64,000 bases of DNA from an uncultured Gammaproteobacteria bacterium. Its GTDB lineage: Bacteria > Patescibacteriota > Microgenomatia > Daviesbacterales > UBA10151. Location of the stretch: assembly GCA_964390595.1 (NCBI GenBank), contig CAYMIA010000005.1:3586-67585 (forward strand), read 5' to 3'. Numbering within the stretch: the stretch's first letter is position 1; the number at the start of each line of letters is the position of its first letter. Below, piece by piece: positions 28,880 through 37,837 of the stretch. The position numbers and the translations under genes were made by a program. The notes below the pieces were generated by a model. It had not been told where the DNA came from. It saw only the letters and a list, made by a program, of their open reading frames with translations, and made no database searches.

Positions 28880-30064
28880 ATGGATCAAAACTTGAGGATA
28901 AAAAAATCAAAGGGTTGGAAAAGATACTGGCCGGTTTGGTTGCTTTTGGGAACTATAGTGGTGATTGTTTTGGCTTGGTTGCTTTTTTCGTCTAGTTCGA
29001 GTGCTTTTAATTTTGGTTTTCCGGGTCGTCTGAGCTCAATTAAATCTAGCGATGACCGGGTGAATATTTTGCTTTTAGGAAATGGAGGCGGAAAACATGA
29101 TGGTCCAGATTTAACTGATTCAATTATTGTGGCCTCTTTAAATTTAAAAACCAACCGGGTGGCTTTGATCTCGATTCCGCGTGATCTTTGGTTAGATTCG
29201 ATTAAATCCAAGGTAAACACAGCTTACGTTTTAGGGGAGAAAAAGGGGAATGGTTTAAAGTTTGCCGAAGACAAGATTGATGATATTTTAGGGATTCCAA
29301 TTCATTATGGAGTGAGGTTGGATTTTAATGGTTTTTCTAAAGCGGTTGATTTGGTGGAGGGGATTGATGTTGATGTGCCTCACACCTTTGATGATTTTAT
29401 GTATCCGATCGCTGGGAAAGAAGATGATCTGTGTGGATATAGTGAAAAAGAGGTTGATGTTAGCGAGGATCAGGCTAAGCAACTAAATATTAAATCAGGT
29501 AAACAAAAGATATTTTTTGATCCAGCTGGAAAAATTGCTACTGATTCGGCTAATTTCGATTTTGCCTGCCGGTTTGAACATATTCATTTTAACAAAGGTG
29601 TTTCTCATATGGATGGGGAAACGGCATTGAAGTTTGTGAGATCTAGACATGCCTTTGGGGTTGAGGGCTCTGACTTTGCCCGTTCGCATAGGCAACAGTT
29701 GGTGATCCAGGCTTTTAGAGAAAAAGCTTTGTCCTTGCAAACTTTGATTAATCCGGTCAAAATTGCTGGGCTTTTTGGAACTTTTGGAGATAGTTTTGAA
29801 ACAGATATTCCCAGTTCTAATTTCTTAGAATTTTATAACTTGACTAAAAAAATTGAAGAGACGGATAGTTATGTACTGGGTGATTTAGGAGATGGAAAGT
29901 CGCTATTTACCAATCCGCCCCCATCTGATTATGGTGGGGCCTGGGTTTTGGTTCCTCAAAGTAATAACTTTTCTGAAGTGATGCAATTTGTTAAAGATGC
30001 ACTGAATGATAACTTGAATATTAGTAGCCCAACTCCGGTGGGTACTCCAGCAAAGGTTAAATAA
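28880..30064 (+). CDS. LCP (LytR/CpsA/Psr) family protein
   Basis: N-terminal TM, NILLLG, TDS, SIPRD, VRSRH, SDFAR..RQQ. Confidence 0.92.
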   Translation: MDQNLRIKKSKGWKRYWPVWLLLGTIVVIVLAWLLFSSSSSAFNFGFPGRLSSIKSSDDRVNILLLGNGGGKHDGPDLTDSIIVASLNLKTNRVALISIPRDLWLDSIKSKVNTAYVLGEKKGNGLKFAEDKIDDILGIPIHYGVRLDFNGFSKAVDLVEGIDVDVPHTFDDFMYPIAGKEDDLCGYSEKEVDVSEDQAKQLNIKSGKQKIFFDPAGKIATDSANFDFACRFEHIHFNKGVSHMDGETALKFVRSRHAFGVEGSDFARSHRQQLVIQAFREKALSLQTLINPVKIAGLFGTFGDSFETDIPSSNFLEFYNLTKKIEETDSYVLGDLGDGKSLFTNPPPSDYGGAWVLVPQSNNFSEVMQFVKDALNDNLNISSPTPVGTPAKVK

Positions 30065-30065
30065 G

Positions 30066-30728
30066 ATGCAGCTATTTATTCTTCATGGGCCAGGTCTAGT
30101 GACACTGCGAAGCCGATTGATGGCGATTAAAAAACAATATGAAGGGGCGTTAATTAGTGAGTATGCCGGACCTGATTTAGAATTTTCCCAGTTGCTGGTT
30201 GAGATGGGTAGTTTGGGGCTTTTTTCACCGACCCGTTTGATTATTATTTCGAGTCCAGATACGGATTTGGATTTGGAGAAGTTACCAAATACCGAAAACT
30301 TGGGACTGGTGATAACTTTTCCTAAAACTATCCCCAGCAACAGTAAATTTTTAAAAGCAGCGACGGCTCGATCGGCGCAGATAATGCAATTTTCTGAGGC
30401 AGAAGAGATCTCGGTATTTCCTTTTTTAGATGCTTTAGCTGAAAAAAAATCCGCGGCTTTTGAACAACTCCAAAAGTTATTAAAAGAATATGGTAGTCAG
30501 TATATTTTAACGATGATCTTTTATTCTCTCCGGAAATTTGTTTTACCTTCGCACAATTTACCGCCTTTTATTTTGAAGAAGCACCAATTTCAGGCCCGCA
30601 ACTTCCCCTTGCCCCGGATTAAACTGCTTTATTTTCAAACTATCGAAACAGATTATAAAATAAAGTTAGGGTTAATTGATGAGATGAATGGACTGACAAT
30701 GCTGACTGAAAATTTTTTAAAAAGTTAA
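30066..30728 (+). CDS. holA: DNA polymerase III delta subunit-like (short)
   Basis: FILHG, LGLFS.TRLIII, C-terminal DYKIKLG. Confidence 0.7.
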   Translation: MQLFILHGPGLVTLRSRLMAIKKQYEGALISEYAGPDLEFSQLLVEMGSLGLFSPTRLIIISSPDTDLDLEKLPNTENLGLVITFPKTIPSNSKFLKAATARSAQIMQFSEAEEISVFPFLDALAEKKSAAFEQLQKLLKEYGSQYILTMIFYSLRKFVLPSHNLPPFILKKHQFQARNFPLPRIKLLYFQTIETDYKIKLGLIDEMNGLTMLTENFLKS

Positions 30729-30731
30729 TTT

Positions 30732-31604
30732 ATGATCAAGGGTTTAATTTTTTGGGGGTTGGTCACTTTGACATTAGTATTGGGGGTTAAGATAATCTTT
30801 TTTACTACTCCTTGTGATCAACCAGTTACCTATCACATTGGTTCGATTGATGCCCGCTTTAAGTTAGATAAAGTGGGGCTGAAAGATGATTTAGCGCGCG
30901 CGAGTACTATTTGGAAAGAGGCTTGGGGAAAGGAGCTGTTTGTTTATAACGAAGACCTGGATGGAGTGGTGGTGGATTTAGTGTTTGATCAGCGGGCGAA
31001 TTTAAACAGTCAAATTAATCAGCTACAAGACAAGCTATCTGAAGAAAAAACTAACATCAGGCCGGAGATTAGCGATTTTGAAAAAAGATCAACGGAGTTT
31101 AAACTTAAGCTTCAGGCATTAAATGAGGAGATCAGTCAATGGAATGCTAGGGGTGGAGCGCCTGAGGGGGTTTTTGAATCGTTGACTAAAAGGCAGCAAG
31201 AGCTGAAGCAAGAAGCTGATCAGCTGAATGCGGAGGCGGGTAGTTTGAATCAGACGACCAGCGATTATAACGCTCAAATTGATCAACTTCATCAAAAAGT
31301 TGGAACTTTAAATGCGGCTTTGGAAGTCAAACCAGAAGAAGGCGTTTATACCTCAGCTGATAAAAGAATAGTGATTTATTTTAACAACAGCCAAGATGAA
31401 TTGATACATACTTTGGCTCATGAATTGGGACATGCGTTAGGTTTGGGGCACGTGAATGATCCAGCAGCTATTATGAATCCGAATACAACCGAAGTAACAA
31501 AGGCCTCCAGTACGGATAAGGAAGCTTTGGGTGAACTTTGCAAAAAGCCAAATATGGCAGTAGTGGAGAGGCTAGCATCAATTCTAAAAGTAAAATTCAG
31601 GTAG
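30732..31604 (+). CDS. Matrixin (M10) family zinc metalloprotease with coiled-coil insert
   Basis: HELGHALGLGH, AIM Met-turn; N-terminal TM. Confidence 0.88.
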   Translation: MIKGLIFWGLVTLTLVLGVKIIFFTTPCDQPVTYHIGSIDARFKLDKVGLKDDLARASTIWKEAWGKELFVYNEDLDGVVVDLVFDQRANLNSQINQLQDKLSEEKTNIRPEISDFEKRSTEFKLKLQALNEEISQWNARGGAPEGVFESLTKRQQELKQEADQLNAEAGSLNQTTSDYNAQIDQLHQKVGTLNAALEVKPEEGVYTSADKRIVIYFNNSQDELIHTLAHELGHALGLGHVNDPAAIMNPNTTEVTKASSTDKEALGELCKKPNMAVVERLASILKVKFR

Positions 31605-31625
31605 GCTTAAATTTGCCTACCTGAA
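31596..31625. terminator. Hairpin between convergent genes (likely bidirectional terminator)
   Basis: Perfect 11-bp stem TTCAGGTAGGC/GCCTACCTGAA. Confidence 0.7.
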
Positions 31626-31633
31626 AGATTACA

Positions 31634-31885
31634 TTAATAAGCGCGTCTGACAAACATGCGGTGGATCGCGATAACAACTATGGCGCCTAGGGTGGCCACT
31701 AAGATGCTATAAATATCAAAACCGCCCGGGCCACTTTGGCCAAATAGGTTCATAATCAGACCGCCAACGAATGCTCCAATTATGCCTAGTATGATATCCA
31801 TGATAACTCCATGAGGGCTTCGCATTACAAGCGATGCTAGAAAGCCAGCGATCGCGCCCACAACTAACCAAACTATAAGTCCCAT
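31634..31885 (-). CDS. GlsB/YeaQ/YmgE (transglycosylase-associated) membrane protein
   Basis: G..AG.LA, DIILGIIGAFVGG; strong SD AAGGAGGTG. Confidence 0.9.
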   Translation of the reverse strand: MGLIVWLVVGAIAGFLASLVMRSPHGVIMDIILGIIGAFVGGLIMNLFGQSGPGGFDIYSILVATLGAIVVIAIHRMFVRRAY

Positions 31886-32030
31886 ACTCCTTTTCACCTC
31901 CTTTAACCTTGCTTGTATTATACAGCGAGCAATTAAGAGATAAATGAGGGATTGGTAAAGGATTGATAAGAGAAAAATGGTGACTAATTTTTATTACATG
32001 GTGGTTGTGGTAAGATATTATTATCTTCAT

Positions 32031-34274
32031 ATGGACCTTTTAAAATTCTTGCCCAGCATTCCCTTTTTGAACCAAAAAAAATCGCCCGATGAGTTTTATT
32101 TTGGACTTTATATTGAAGAAGGGGTCGTTGAAGGATGCGTTTGGGGAATCGTTGGCAAACATCTAAGATTAATTAGTAGTGCCAGAGCAAATTACAAGAC
32201 TAACCATGACTTAGTTGAGGCATCAAATCATGTTCTAGATGTGGCTTTGGCTGATTTTTCTCCGGAGCCTGCAAAAGTTTTGTTTGGTGTGCCAGATTCT
32301 TGGCTTCAAGATGATAATTTAAAAGAAGAAAACTTAAAGTTGCTCCGTCATTTAGTGAAGGCGCTGGATGTAACGCCAATGGCTTATGTTTCAACGACTC
32401 ATGCCGTTTCTCATCTATTGGAAAAGCGCTCTGGAGTGCCAACTACAGCTGTTTTGATTGGAGTATTTGATCCTTTGGCAGTGACAATAGTTAAAGCTGG
32501 CAAGATCATTGGGACAAAGTACCAAAACCGCTCAAGTGACTTGGCCGATGATATAGCGAAGGCTTTGATGAGTTTTTCTGATGTGGAAGTTTTGCCTTCC
32601 AAGATTACAGTTTATGGAAATGAGAATCTAGAGGGTTTTAAGGATAAACTGACTGCTTATTCCTGGATTCCCAAGTTGCCATTTTTGCATCTACCCAAAG
32701 TGGAGATTTTAGATCAGGACAGTGCGTTAAATGCAGTCTGTTTAGCTGGTGCAACAGAGTTATATCCAGATGTGGCGTTTTCAGCGAAGTCTTTGAATCC
32801 GGTAGACGCGCGCTCATCTCAGAGTGGGATTATCAAACCAGAACCAGATGTGATTCATGCCCGGGGTAGTCACCACGGCGATGACGAAGAGCTGGAGAAT
32901 GTGGGATTTGTAGCGGGAGATGTGGAGGAGTTAGGAGGTTTGGACGAGACATACCCCAGAGCAGTTGACGAGGAGTCGGTGGTTTTAAGAGGGAGAGATC
33001 AAGAAGTAGATCCTTATTCGGGTGGTCATCACTTGGCTAAAAGTTCGGGGATTTTAGGAATGATAGGTGGCTTTTTTGCCAAAGTGCCACTGCCGCGGAA
33101 ATTTTTATCTTTTGGACCGGGGATTACTTCGAAACTGCCGCTTCTTTTGCCTGTTTTGGTGGTGTTAATTTTGGTAGGAGCTTATATTTTTTTACCAAAG
33201 GCACAGGTCGCTATTTTAATCGATCCGAAGATTTTAGAAAAAGAGGCTCAGATAACCGCTGATCCAAAAGTGACTAGTGTTGATGAAAACGCTAAGATTA
33301 TTCCTGGAAAATTAATTGAAACAGATGAGAGTGGGACTGATAAAGCGCCAGCGACGGGCAGAAAGCAGATTGGTGATCCCGCCAAGGGAGGGGTAATTGT
33401 TTACAATTTATCGAGTAATAAAGTGAGCTTGCCTCAAGGAACAGTTTTGACTGGTCCGAATAACACTAAATTTACCTTGGATGGTTCAGTGTCGATCGCT
33501 TCTCAGTCTTCAACCATTGGAGCAGATTTTACAACGGTAACCACTCCGGGAAAAGCTAACTCGGGGGTGACTGCTCAAACAATTGGTCCAGATGGGAATC
33601 TACCAGCTGCTACTAAATTGAATGTAGCAGGTTATACAGACAGTGCAGTGGTGGCAAAGGTTGACTCCGCTTTGTCTGGAGGGACTAGTAAAGACGTTCA
33701 GGTGGTGACCTCTGATGACCAAAAGAAACTATTAGCTTCTTTGGCCTCAACACTCCGCCAAAAAGCTCAAGCTGATTTGCAGGGCAAAGTGCCTGAGGGC
33801 CAAAAGATTTTGACCGAGGCTTTGGCTGAGACTTTGGGCAGCCCTAGTTACTCAAAGAAAGTTGGAGAGCAGGCGAGTGAGTTTGGACTAACTTTGACTG
33901 TTCATTACAAAGGGACAACTTACGCGGACTCAGATCTGAAAAATATTGTTTCTAAGCTAGTTGAAGTTAATGTGCCATCCGGGTTTGATTTTAATTTAGC
34001 TGAGGCGGAGACTCAGGCCGATGTGGGGAAGCTCGAGAAAGACGGGCGGCTGATTTTTAATGCTAAGTTTCAAGCTAAACTGATTCCGAAGATGGATTTA
34101 GAAAAGATTAAGAAAGATTTGGCTAATAAAAGTCCAATGGCAGCAGCTGATTACTTGAAAAATATGGAAAATGTGGTTGGTTCAGAGATTCATATTAAGC
34201 CCTCTTTGCCAGGACCATTGCAGCGCTTGCCAATTCTAGCCAAGAATATTTCGGTTGAGATAAAACCCAAATAA
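32031..34274 (+). CDS. Bitopic protein: actin/FtsA-like N-terminal region, TM, baseplate-J-like C-terminal region
   Basis: Central TM; A.G.V.VYN, G..GNLPA, SGGTS pattern; ATG 32031. Confidence 0.65.
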   Translation: MDLLKFLPSIPFLNQKKSPDEFYFGLYIEEGVVEGCVWGIVGKHLRLISSARANYKTNHDLVEASNHVLDVALADFSPEPAKVLFGVPDSWLQDDNLKEENLKLLRHLVKALDVTPMAYVSTTHAVSHLLEKRSGVPTTAVLIGVFDPLAVTIVKAGKIIGTKYQNRSSDLADDIAKALMSFSDVEVLPSKITVYGNENLEGFKDKLTAYSWIPKLPFLHLPKVEILDQDSALNAVCLAGATELYPDVAFSAKSLNPVDARSSQSGIIKPEPDVIHARGSHHGDDEELENVGFVAGDVEELGGLDETYPRAVDEESVVLRGRDQEVDPYSGGHHLAKSSGILGMIGGFFAKVPLPRKFLSFGPGITSKLPLLLPVLVVLILVGAYIFLPKAQVAILIDPKILEKEAQITADPKVTSVDENAKIIPGKLIETDESGTDKAPATGRKQIGDPAKGGVIVYNLSSNKVSLPQGTVLTGPNNTKFTLDGSVSIASQSSTIGADFTTVTTPGKANSGVTAQTIGPDGNLPAATKLNVAGYTDSAVVAKVDSALSGGTSKDVQVVTSDDQKKLLASLASTLRQKAQADLQGKVPEGQKILTEALAETLGSPSYSKKVGEQASEFGLTLTVHYKGTTYADSDLKNIVSKLVEVNVPSGFDFNLAEAETQADVGKLEKDGRLIFNAKFQAKLIPKMDLEKIKKDLANKSPMAAADYLKNMENVVGSEIHIKPSLPGPLQRLPILAKNISVEIKPK

Positions 34275-34308
34275 GGCTATACTATATATTGAGCAGACGG
34301 ACGTCTTT

Positions 34309-34947
34309 ATGCTCATAAAACTGGCCTCACTGCTATTTCTAGGTCTGGGAGTTTTTATTTTGGTCCAAGTGGCGACTCCTTTTTTGGCGTTCAAAGTTTG
34401 GGAGGTAACTGCTTATAGTCAGGACTCTTTGCTGGTTGATCCGGTGTCCACAAAACCGGTGGATGGAGTTTTTGTTCAAGATTTGGGCAACTTTCCAGCG
34501 ATAGTTTCTGCTAATAACCGGGATGGGGGAACCCCCTATCATGAATTTGAATTGACTATTCCGACAATTAAATTGCAAGATATAAAGGTGGTAGTTGATA
34601 GCAATGATTTTGAACATAATTTAGCGCATTTGCCTGGATCAGCGTTGCCAGGTGAAAAAGGGAATGTGTTTGTAACTGGGCATTCTTCCTTAGCCCAGTT
34701 TTTTAAACCAGATAACTTTAAAGCGATTTTTGCCAATTTACCCAATATTAAAAAAGGAGATGAGATATTTGTTACTGCGGGAGGGCAATCTTTTGTATAT
34801 GTGGTTGAGGGGATGAGAATTGTTGATCCAAAAGAGATTAGTGTAGTAAATCCACCTAATTCAACAGGGAGGTATTTAAGTTTGATGACTTGTGTCCCAC
34901 CTGGATTTAATACCAAGCGTTTGGTAGTATTAGCTAGATTAAAATAG
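34309..34947 (+). CDS. Sortase
   Basis: PGEKGN..VTGH, LMTC..PG...KR (His/Cys/Arg). Confidence 0.9.
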   Translation: MLIKLASLLFLGLGVFILVQVATPFLAFKVWEVTAYSQDSLLVDPVSTKPVDGVFVQDLGNFPAIVSANNRDGGTPYHEFELTIPTIKLQDIKVVVDSNDFEHNLAHLPGSALPGEKGNVFVTGHSSLAQFFKPDNFKAIFANLPNIKKGDEIFVTAGGQSFVYVVEGMRIVDPKEISVVNPPNSTGRYLSLMTCVPPGFNTKRLVVLARLK

Positions 34948-35339
34948 TGAAATATTTAGGCATAGATTATGGGCGTAGAAAAATTGGTCTGTCAATTTCT
35001 GAAGGCCAGTTGGCTTCCGTTTTTAAAGTTTTAACAGTTGGTGGGGTGGCTGATGCTGTTTCTAAAATTATTCAAGTGATTCACAAGGAAGATATTAACC
35101 GGGTGATTGTGGGCGTTCCTGAAGGGGGAACTGGAAAGATGGTCAAGTCTTTTGTTGAGAATCTGAAAAATGAATTATCCGAGACTGATGTGGTAGTTTT
35201 AGAAGCTGATGAGACGCTTTCTTCAAAAAAGGCCTTGGATTTGATGATTCAAGTTGGGGCTTCTAAAAAAGACCGGAAAAAAGAAGACGCCTTTTCAGCA
35301 GCGATTATTTTACAAAACTTTTTAGATTCTTTAGAATAG
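34947..35339 (+). CDS. ruvX: Holliday junction resolvase-like RuvX/YqgF
   Basis: LGIDYG..KIG, VGVP, DETLSS, AAIILQ. Confidence 0.9.
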   Translation: MKYLGIDYGRRKIGLSISEGQLASVFKVLTVGGVADAVSKIIQVIHKEDINRVIVGVPEGGTGKMVKSFVENLKNELSETDVVVLEADETLSSKKALDLMIQVGASKKDRKKEDAFSAAIILQNFLDSLE

Positions 35340-35347
35340 TATAGGTA

Positions 35348-35456
35348 GTTTACTTAGGGTCCTGCCAGCTTGGTTTCCCGTCGGATGTCCTCACTATGCT
35401 ATCGCTCCGTTGCGGGCATGCGCCGGGAGCCCTCCTCGCTGTCACCCTGCGTAAAC
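35348..35456. repeat. ~109-bp nested palindromic element, intergenic copy
   Basis: GTTTAC..AGGGT / ACCCT..GTAAAC termini; core 35357-35447 aligns with the pcrA insertion. Confidence 0.75.
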
Positions 35457-35475
35457 TTTTATTTAGACATAGAAA

Positions 35476-36462
35476 ATGAAAAAAAACTTTATTAGAAATT
35501 GGTTGATATTAATTGGAGTGGTGGTGGTGGTGGGAGTGGGGGTGAAAGTTTATTGGGGATATTTAAATTCAGCGGTTAATTCGAGTGAACCTTCAACTAA
35601 AGCGTTTGTGATTCAAAAAGGGGAGTCAGTAACGAGTATTGCTGAACACTTAAAACAAGAAGGGTTGATCCGTTCGCCGCTGGCTTTTAAAGTGGCTTTA
35701 AAATTATCGGGAGTGGGGGTGAAAATTGAGGCAGGAGATTTTAAGTTATCGCCAAGTATGTCAATTAAAGATTTGATGAGTGCATTGCAAAATGGAGCAA
35801 CAGATAAATGGGTGACGCTGCTTGAGGGATGGAGGCTGGAGCAAGTAGCTGATGAGTTAAATAGACAATTGACAATTGACAAGGGACAATTTCTGAAGGT
35901 GGCCCGTGAGGGGTATATGTTTCCTGACACTTATCTTTTTAATAAAGAAGCTAGCGCAGAGACAATCGCCTCAACTTTAGAAAATACTTTTGACCAAAGG
36001 TATGATGAGGAGTTAAAAGCTAAGGTACGCGCAAGAGGTCTGACTGAGCAACAAGGGGTGATATTAGCGTCAATTGTGGAGAGAGAAGCGAGGTCTGATG
36101 AGGTTAGGACTAAAGTAGCAAGTATTTTGTTAAAGAGGTTTAAAATTGGGATGGCTTTAAATGCTGATGCGACTGTTCAATATGCTAAAGATTCGCAAGC
36201 TTTAAAAATGGGAAACTTGGCAAAATTTTGGCAGCCGGTTACAACTGATGATTATAAAGAGATTGTTTCCCCCTACAATACTTATTTAAATGCGGGGCTA
36301 CCACCTACTCCAATTTGTAACCCAGGTTTGTCATCAATAAAGGCGGTTGCGAGTGCCGATCCATCAACACCCTATCTATTTTATTATCATGATAGCCAAG
36401 GAAACTCATATTATGCTAAGACTTTGGAAGAGCATAATCAAAATGTCAGGAGTCATCCGTGA
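35476..36462 (+). CDS. mltG: Endolytic transglycosylase MltG
   Basis: EGYMFPDTY, ASIVERE, DATVQY, SPYNTY, GLPPTPICNPG. Confidence 0.95.
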   Translation: MKKNFIRNWLILIGVVVVVGVGVKVYWGYLNSAVNSSEPSTKAFVIQKGESVTSIAEHLKQEGLIRSPLAFKVALKLSGVGVKIEAGDFKLSPSMSIKDLMSALQNGATDKWVTLLEGWRLEQVADELNRQLTIDKGQFLKVAREGYMFPDTYLFNKEASAETIASTLENTFDQRYDEELKAKVRARGLTEQQGVILASIVEREARSDEVRTKVASILLKRFKIGMALNADATVQYAKDSQALKMGNLAKFWQPVTTDDYKEIVSPYNTYLNAGLPPTPICNPGLSSIKAVASADPSTPYLFYYHDSQGNSYYAKTLEEHNQNVRSHP

Positions 36463-37163
36463 TTGATTTGGCTGATTTTACTCCCAGAGAAGTTGATATT
36501 ATTCCTCAAGATGTTTTTCCAAATTTTAATCAGAAGGAATTATTAGATTCTTCGTTTGTACCTCAGAATGACAGGGTAAAAAAACTGCTGCACGGCAAAA
36601 GCGAGGACTTGCATCAACTTATTTTAGATACAGCGCTTGCTATGTGGGATGGGGGATATGATTTTATGATAAATAAGTTTGGTTTTTATCAACCAGGGGA
36701 GTATCAAAAATTCAAAGGACATTGCCATCAGATTACTCCAGCGCTAGGGGTGGTTTTGAAAAGCTTGGGGTTTTCGCGGGTAGTTTATTTAGAATGTTTC
36801 AGGGTTGATCCAAAAACTGGCGAAAAGATTGATCCCAAAGAGGAACCAGATCCGCAGATGCGAGATGAATTTTGTGGAATTGGCAGGATTCCATATTGTT
36901 GTTTGGGAGTTGAGGTGGGAGGGGAGATGTTTTATTTAACTGGGAAGCATATTAAGCCAGGGGATAATGGGCAGCCCAAAGTAATTCTCACCCCAGATTG
37001 TTATAGAGATTTTGTGGGAGTGTTGAGGCATCCCAAGGACTCTTCAAAAAGTGGAATTTATTTGAAAGTTGTAAAAGAGGAACCATTTACTTGGCAAAAA
37101 CAGGTAGACGGCAAAGACGGCTCGTCTGAATTCTTTCAAGCTTATGTGAAGATGAACTTTTAG
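36459..37163 (+). CDS. Hypothetical protein, possible divergent arylamine N-acetyltransferase/transglutaminase fold
   Basis: KGHCHQ...LKSLGF resembles the NAT GGxC...LxxLGF motif. Confidence 0.55.
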   Translation: MIDLADFTPREVDIIPQDVFPNFNQKELLDSSFVPQNDRVKKLLHGKSEDLHQLILDTALAMWDGGYDFMINKFGFYQPGEYQKFKGHCHQITPALGVVLKSLGFSRVVYLECFRVDPKTGEKIDPKEEPDPQMRDEFCGIGRIPYCCLGVEVGGEMFYLTGKHIKPGDNGQPKVILTPDCYRDFVGVLRHPKDSSKSGIYLKVVKEEPFTWQKQVDGKDGSSEFFQAYVKMNF

Positions 37164-37182
37164 ATCTGGTATAATCCATAGA

Positions 37183-37668
37183 ATGGAGCAGGATCTGCCA
37201 ATCACTCCGAGAGAAAAGAACTTTTATGTTAATCCCAAAAAAGCGATGTGGGGATTTTCGATAGCAGTGATTTTTCTAACTATTATTGGGGTATTTTTAT
37301 TGTCTACACATGAGACCAGTTTAAGTATTGCCCCCTCCCCTAGTCCAGAAGGAAATGGGTTGACCCAATTTGGGTCGGTGGCTTCAATAAAACCACCTCA
37401 GGTTCAAGGAGTATCAACTAGTAATCCTGAAGAGGCTGGAAATTATCAGATAAATGAACCCAAACCTTCAGCCATAAAAACACCAGCTCCGACACCTAAA
37501 GTTAGCGCTACTCCCTCACCTTCTCCTACTCCTTCACCATCCCCTACTAATTCACCAGTACCAATTAGTTCTCCGTCTCTGTCTCCCTGCAGCACCCCAT
37601 CACCTGTCCCTTCCTCAACTTCTGACCCATCTTCTTCACCTAGTCCAACTCCCTGTGCAAGTCCATAA
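37183..37668 (+). CDS. Membrane-anchored Ser/Pro/Thr-rich protein
   Basis: Single TM, VQG, (SP/TP)n tail. Confidence 0.75.
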   Translation: MEQDLPITPREKNFYVNPKKAMWGFSIAVIFLTIIGVFLLSTHETSLSIAPSPSPEGNGLTQFGSVASIKPPQVQGVSTSNPEEAGNYQINEPKPSAIKTPAPTPKVSATPSPSPTPSPSPTNSPVPISSPSLSPCSTPSPVPSSTSDPSSSPSPTPCASP

Positions 37669-37708
37669 AGTTGCATTTGGTTGGTTCTTTTGATAGAATA
37701 TTATTCTC

Positions 37709-37837
37709 ATGCTTAAGCATAAATTTAAGCTAGATAACTTACGATTCGCCAGGAAACTAGGCGAAGTAGAGGAAACCGCCAGGAGGCGGTTTTTTTATGG
37801 TGTAAACCAGAAGCGAGGTACGAAGATTCATGCATAA
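37709..37837 (+). CDS. Putative 42-aa leader ORF upstream of Hsp70
   Basis: ATG 9 nt after TTGCAT-17-TAGAAT; open through two hairpins; stop overlaps Hsp70 start. Confidence 0.35.
   Translation: MLKHKFKLDNLRFARKLGEVEETARRRFFYGVNQKRGTKIHA
37773..37796 (+). terminator. Intrinsic terminator in Hsp70 leader
   Basis: AAACCGCC-AGGA-GGCGGTTTTTTT. Confidence 0.75.

Noticed and set aside
32031-34274. Prophage suggested by the baseplate-J-like domain
   Set aside because: No terminase, capsid, tail or integrase genes; housekeeping context
37446-37676. Antisense Gly/Glu-rich ORF and the many other short overlapping ORFs in the track
   Set aside because: They shadow well-supported genes; this one mirrors the Ser/Pro repeat
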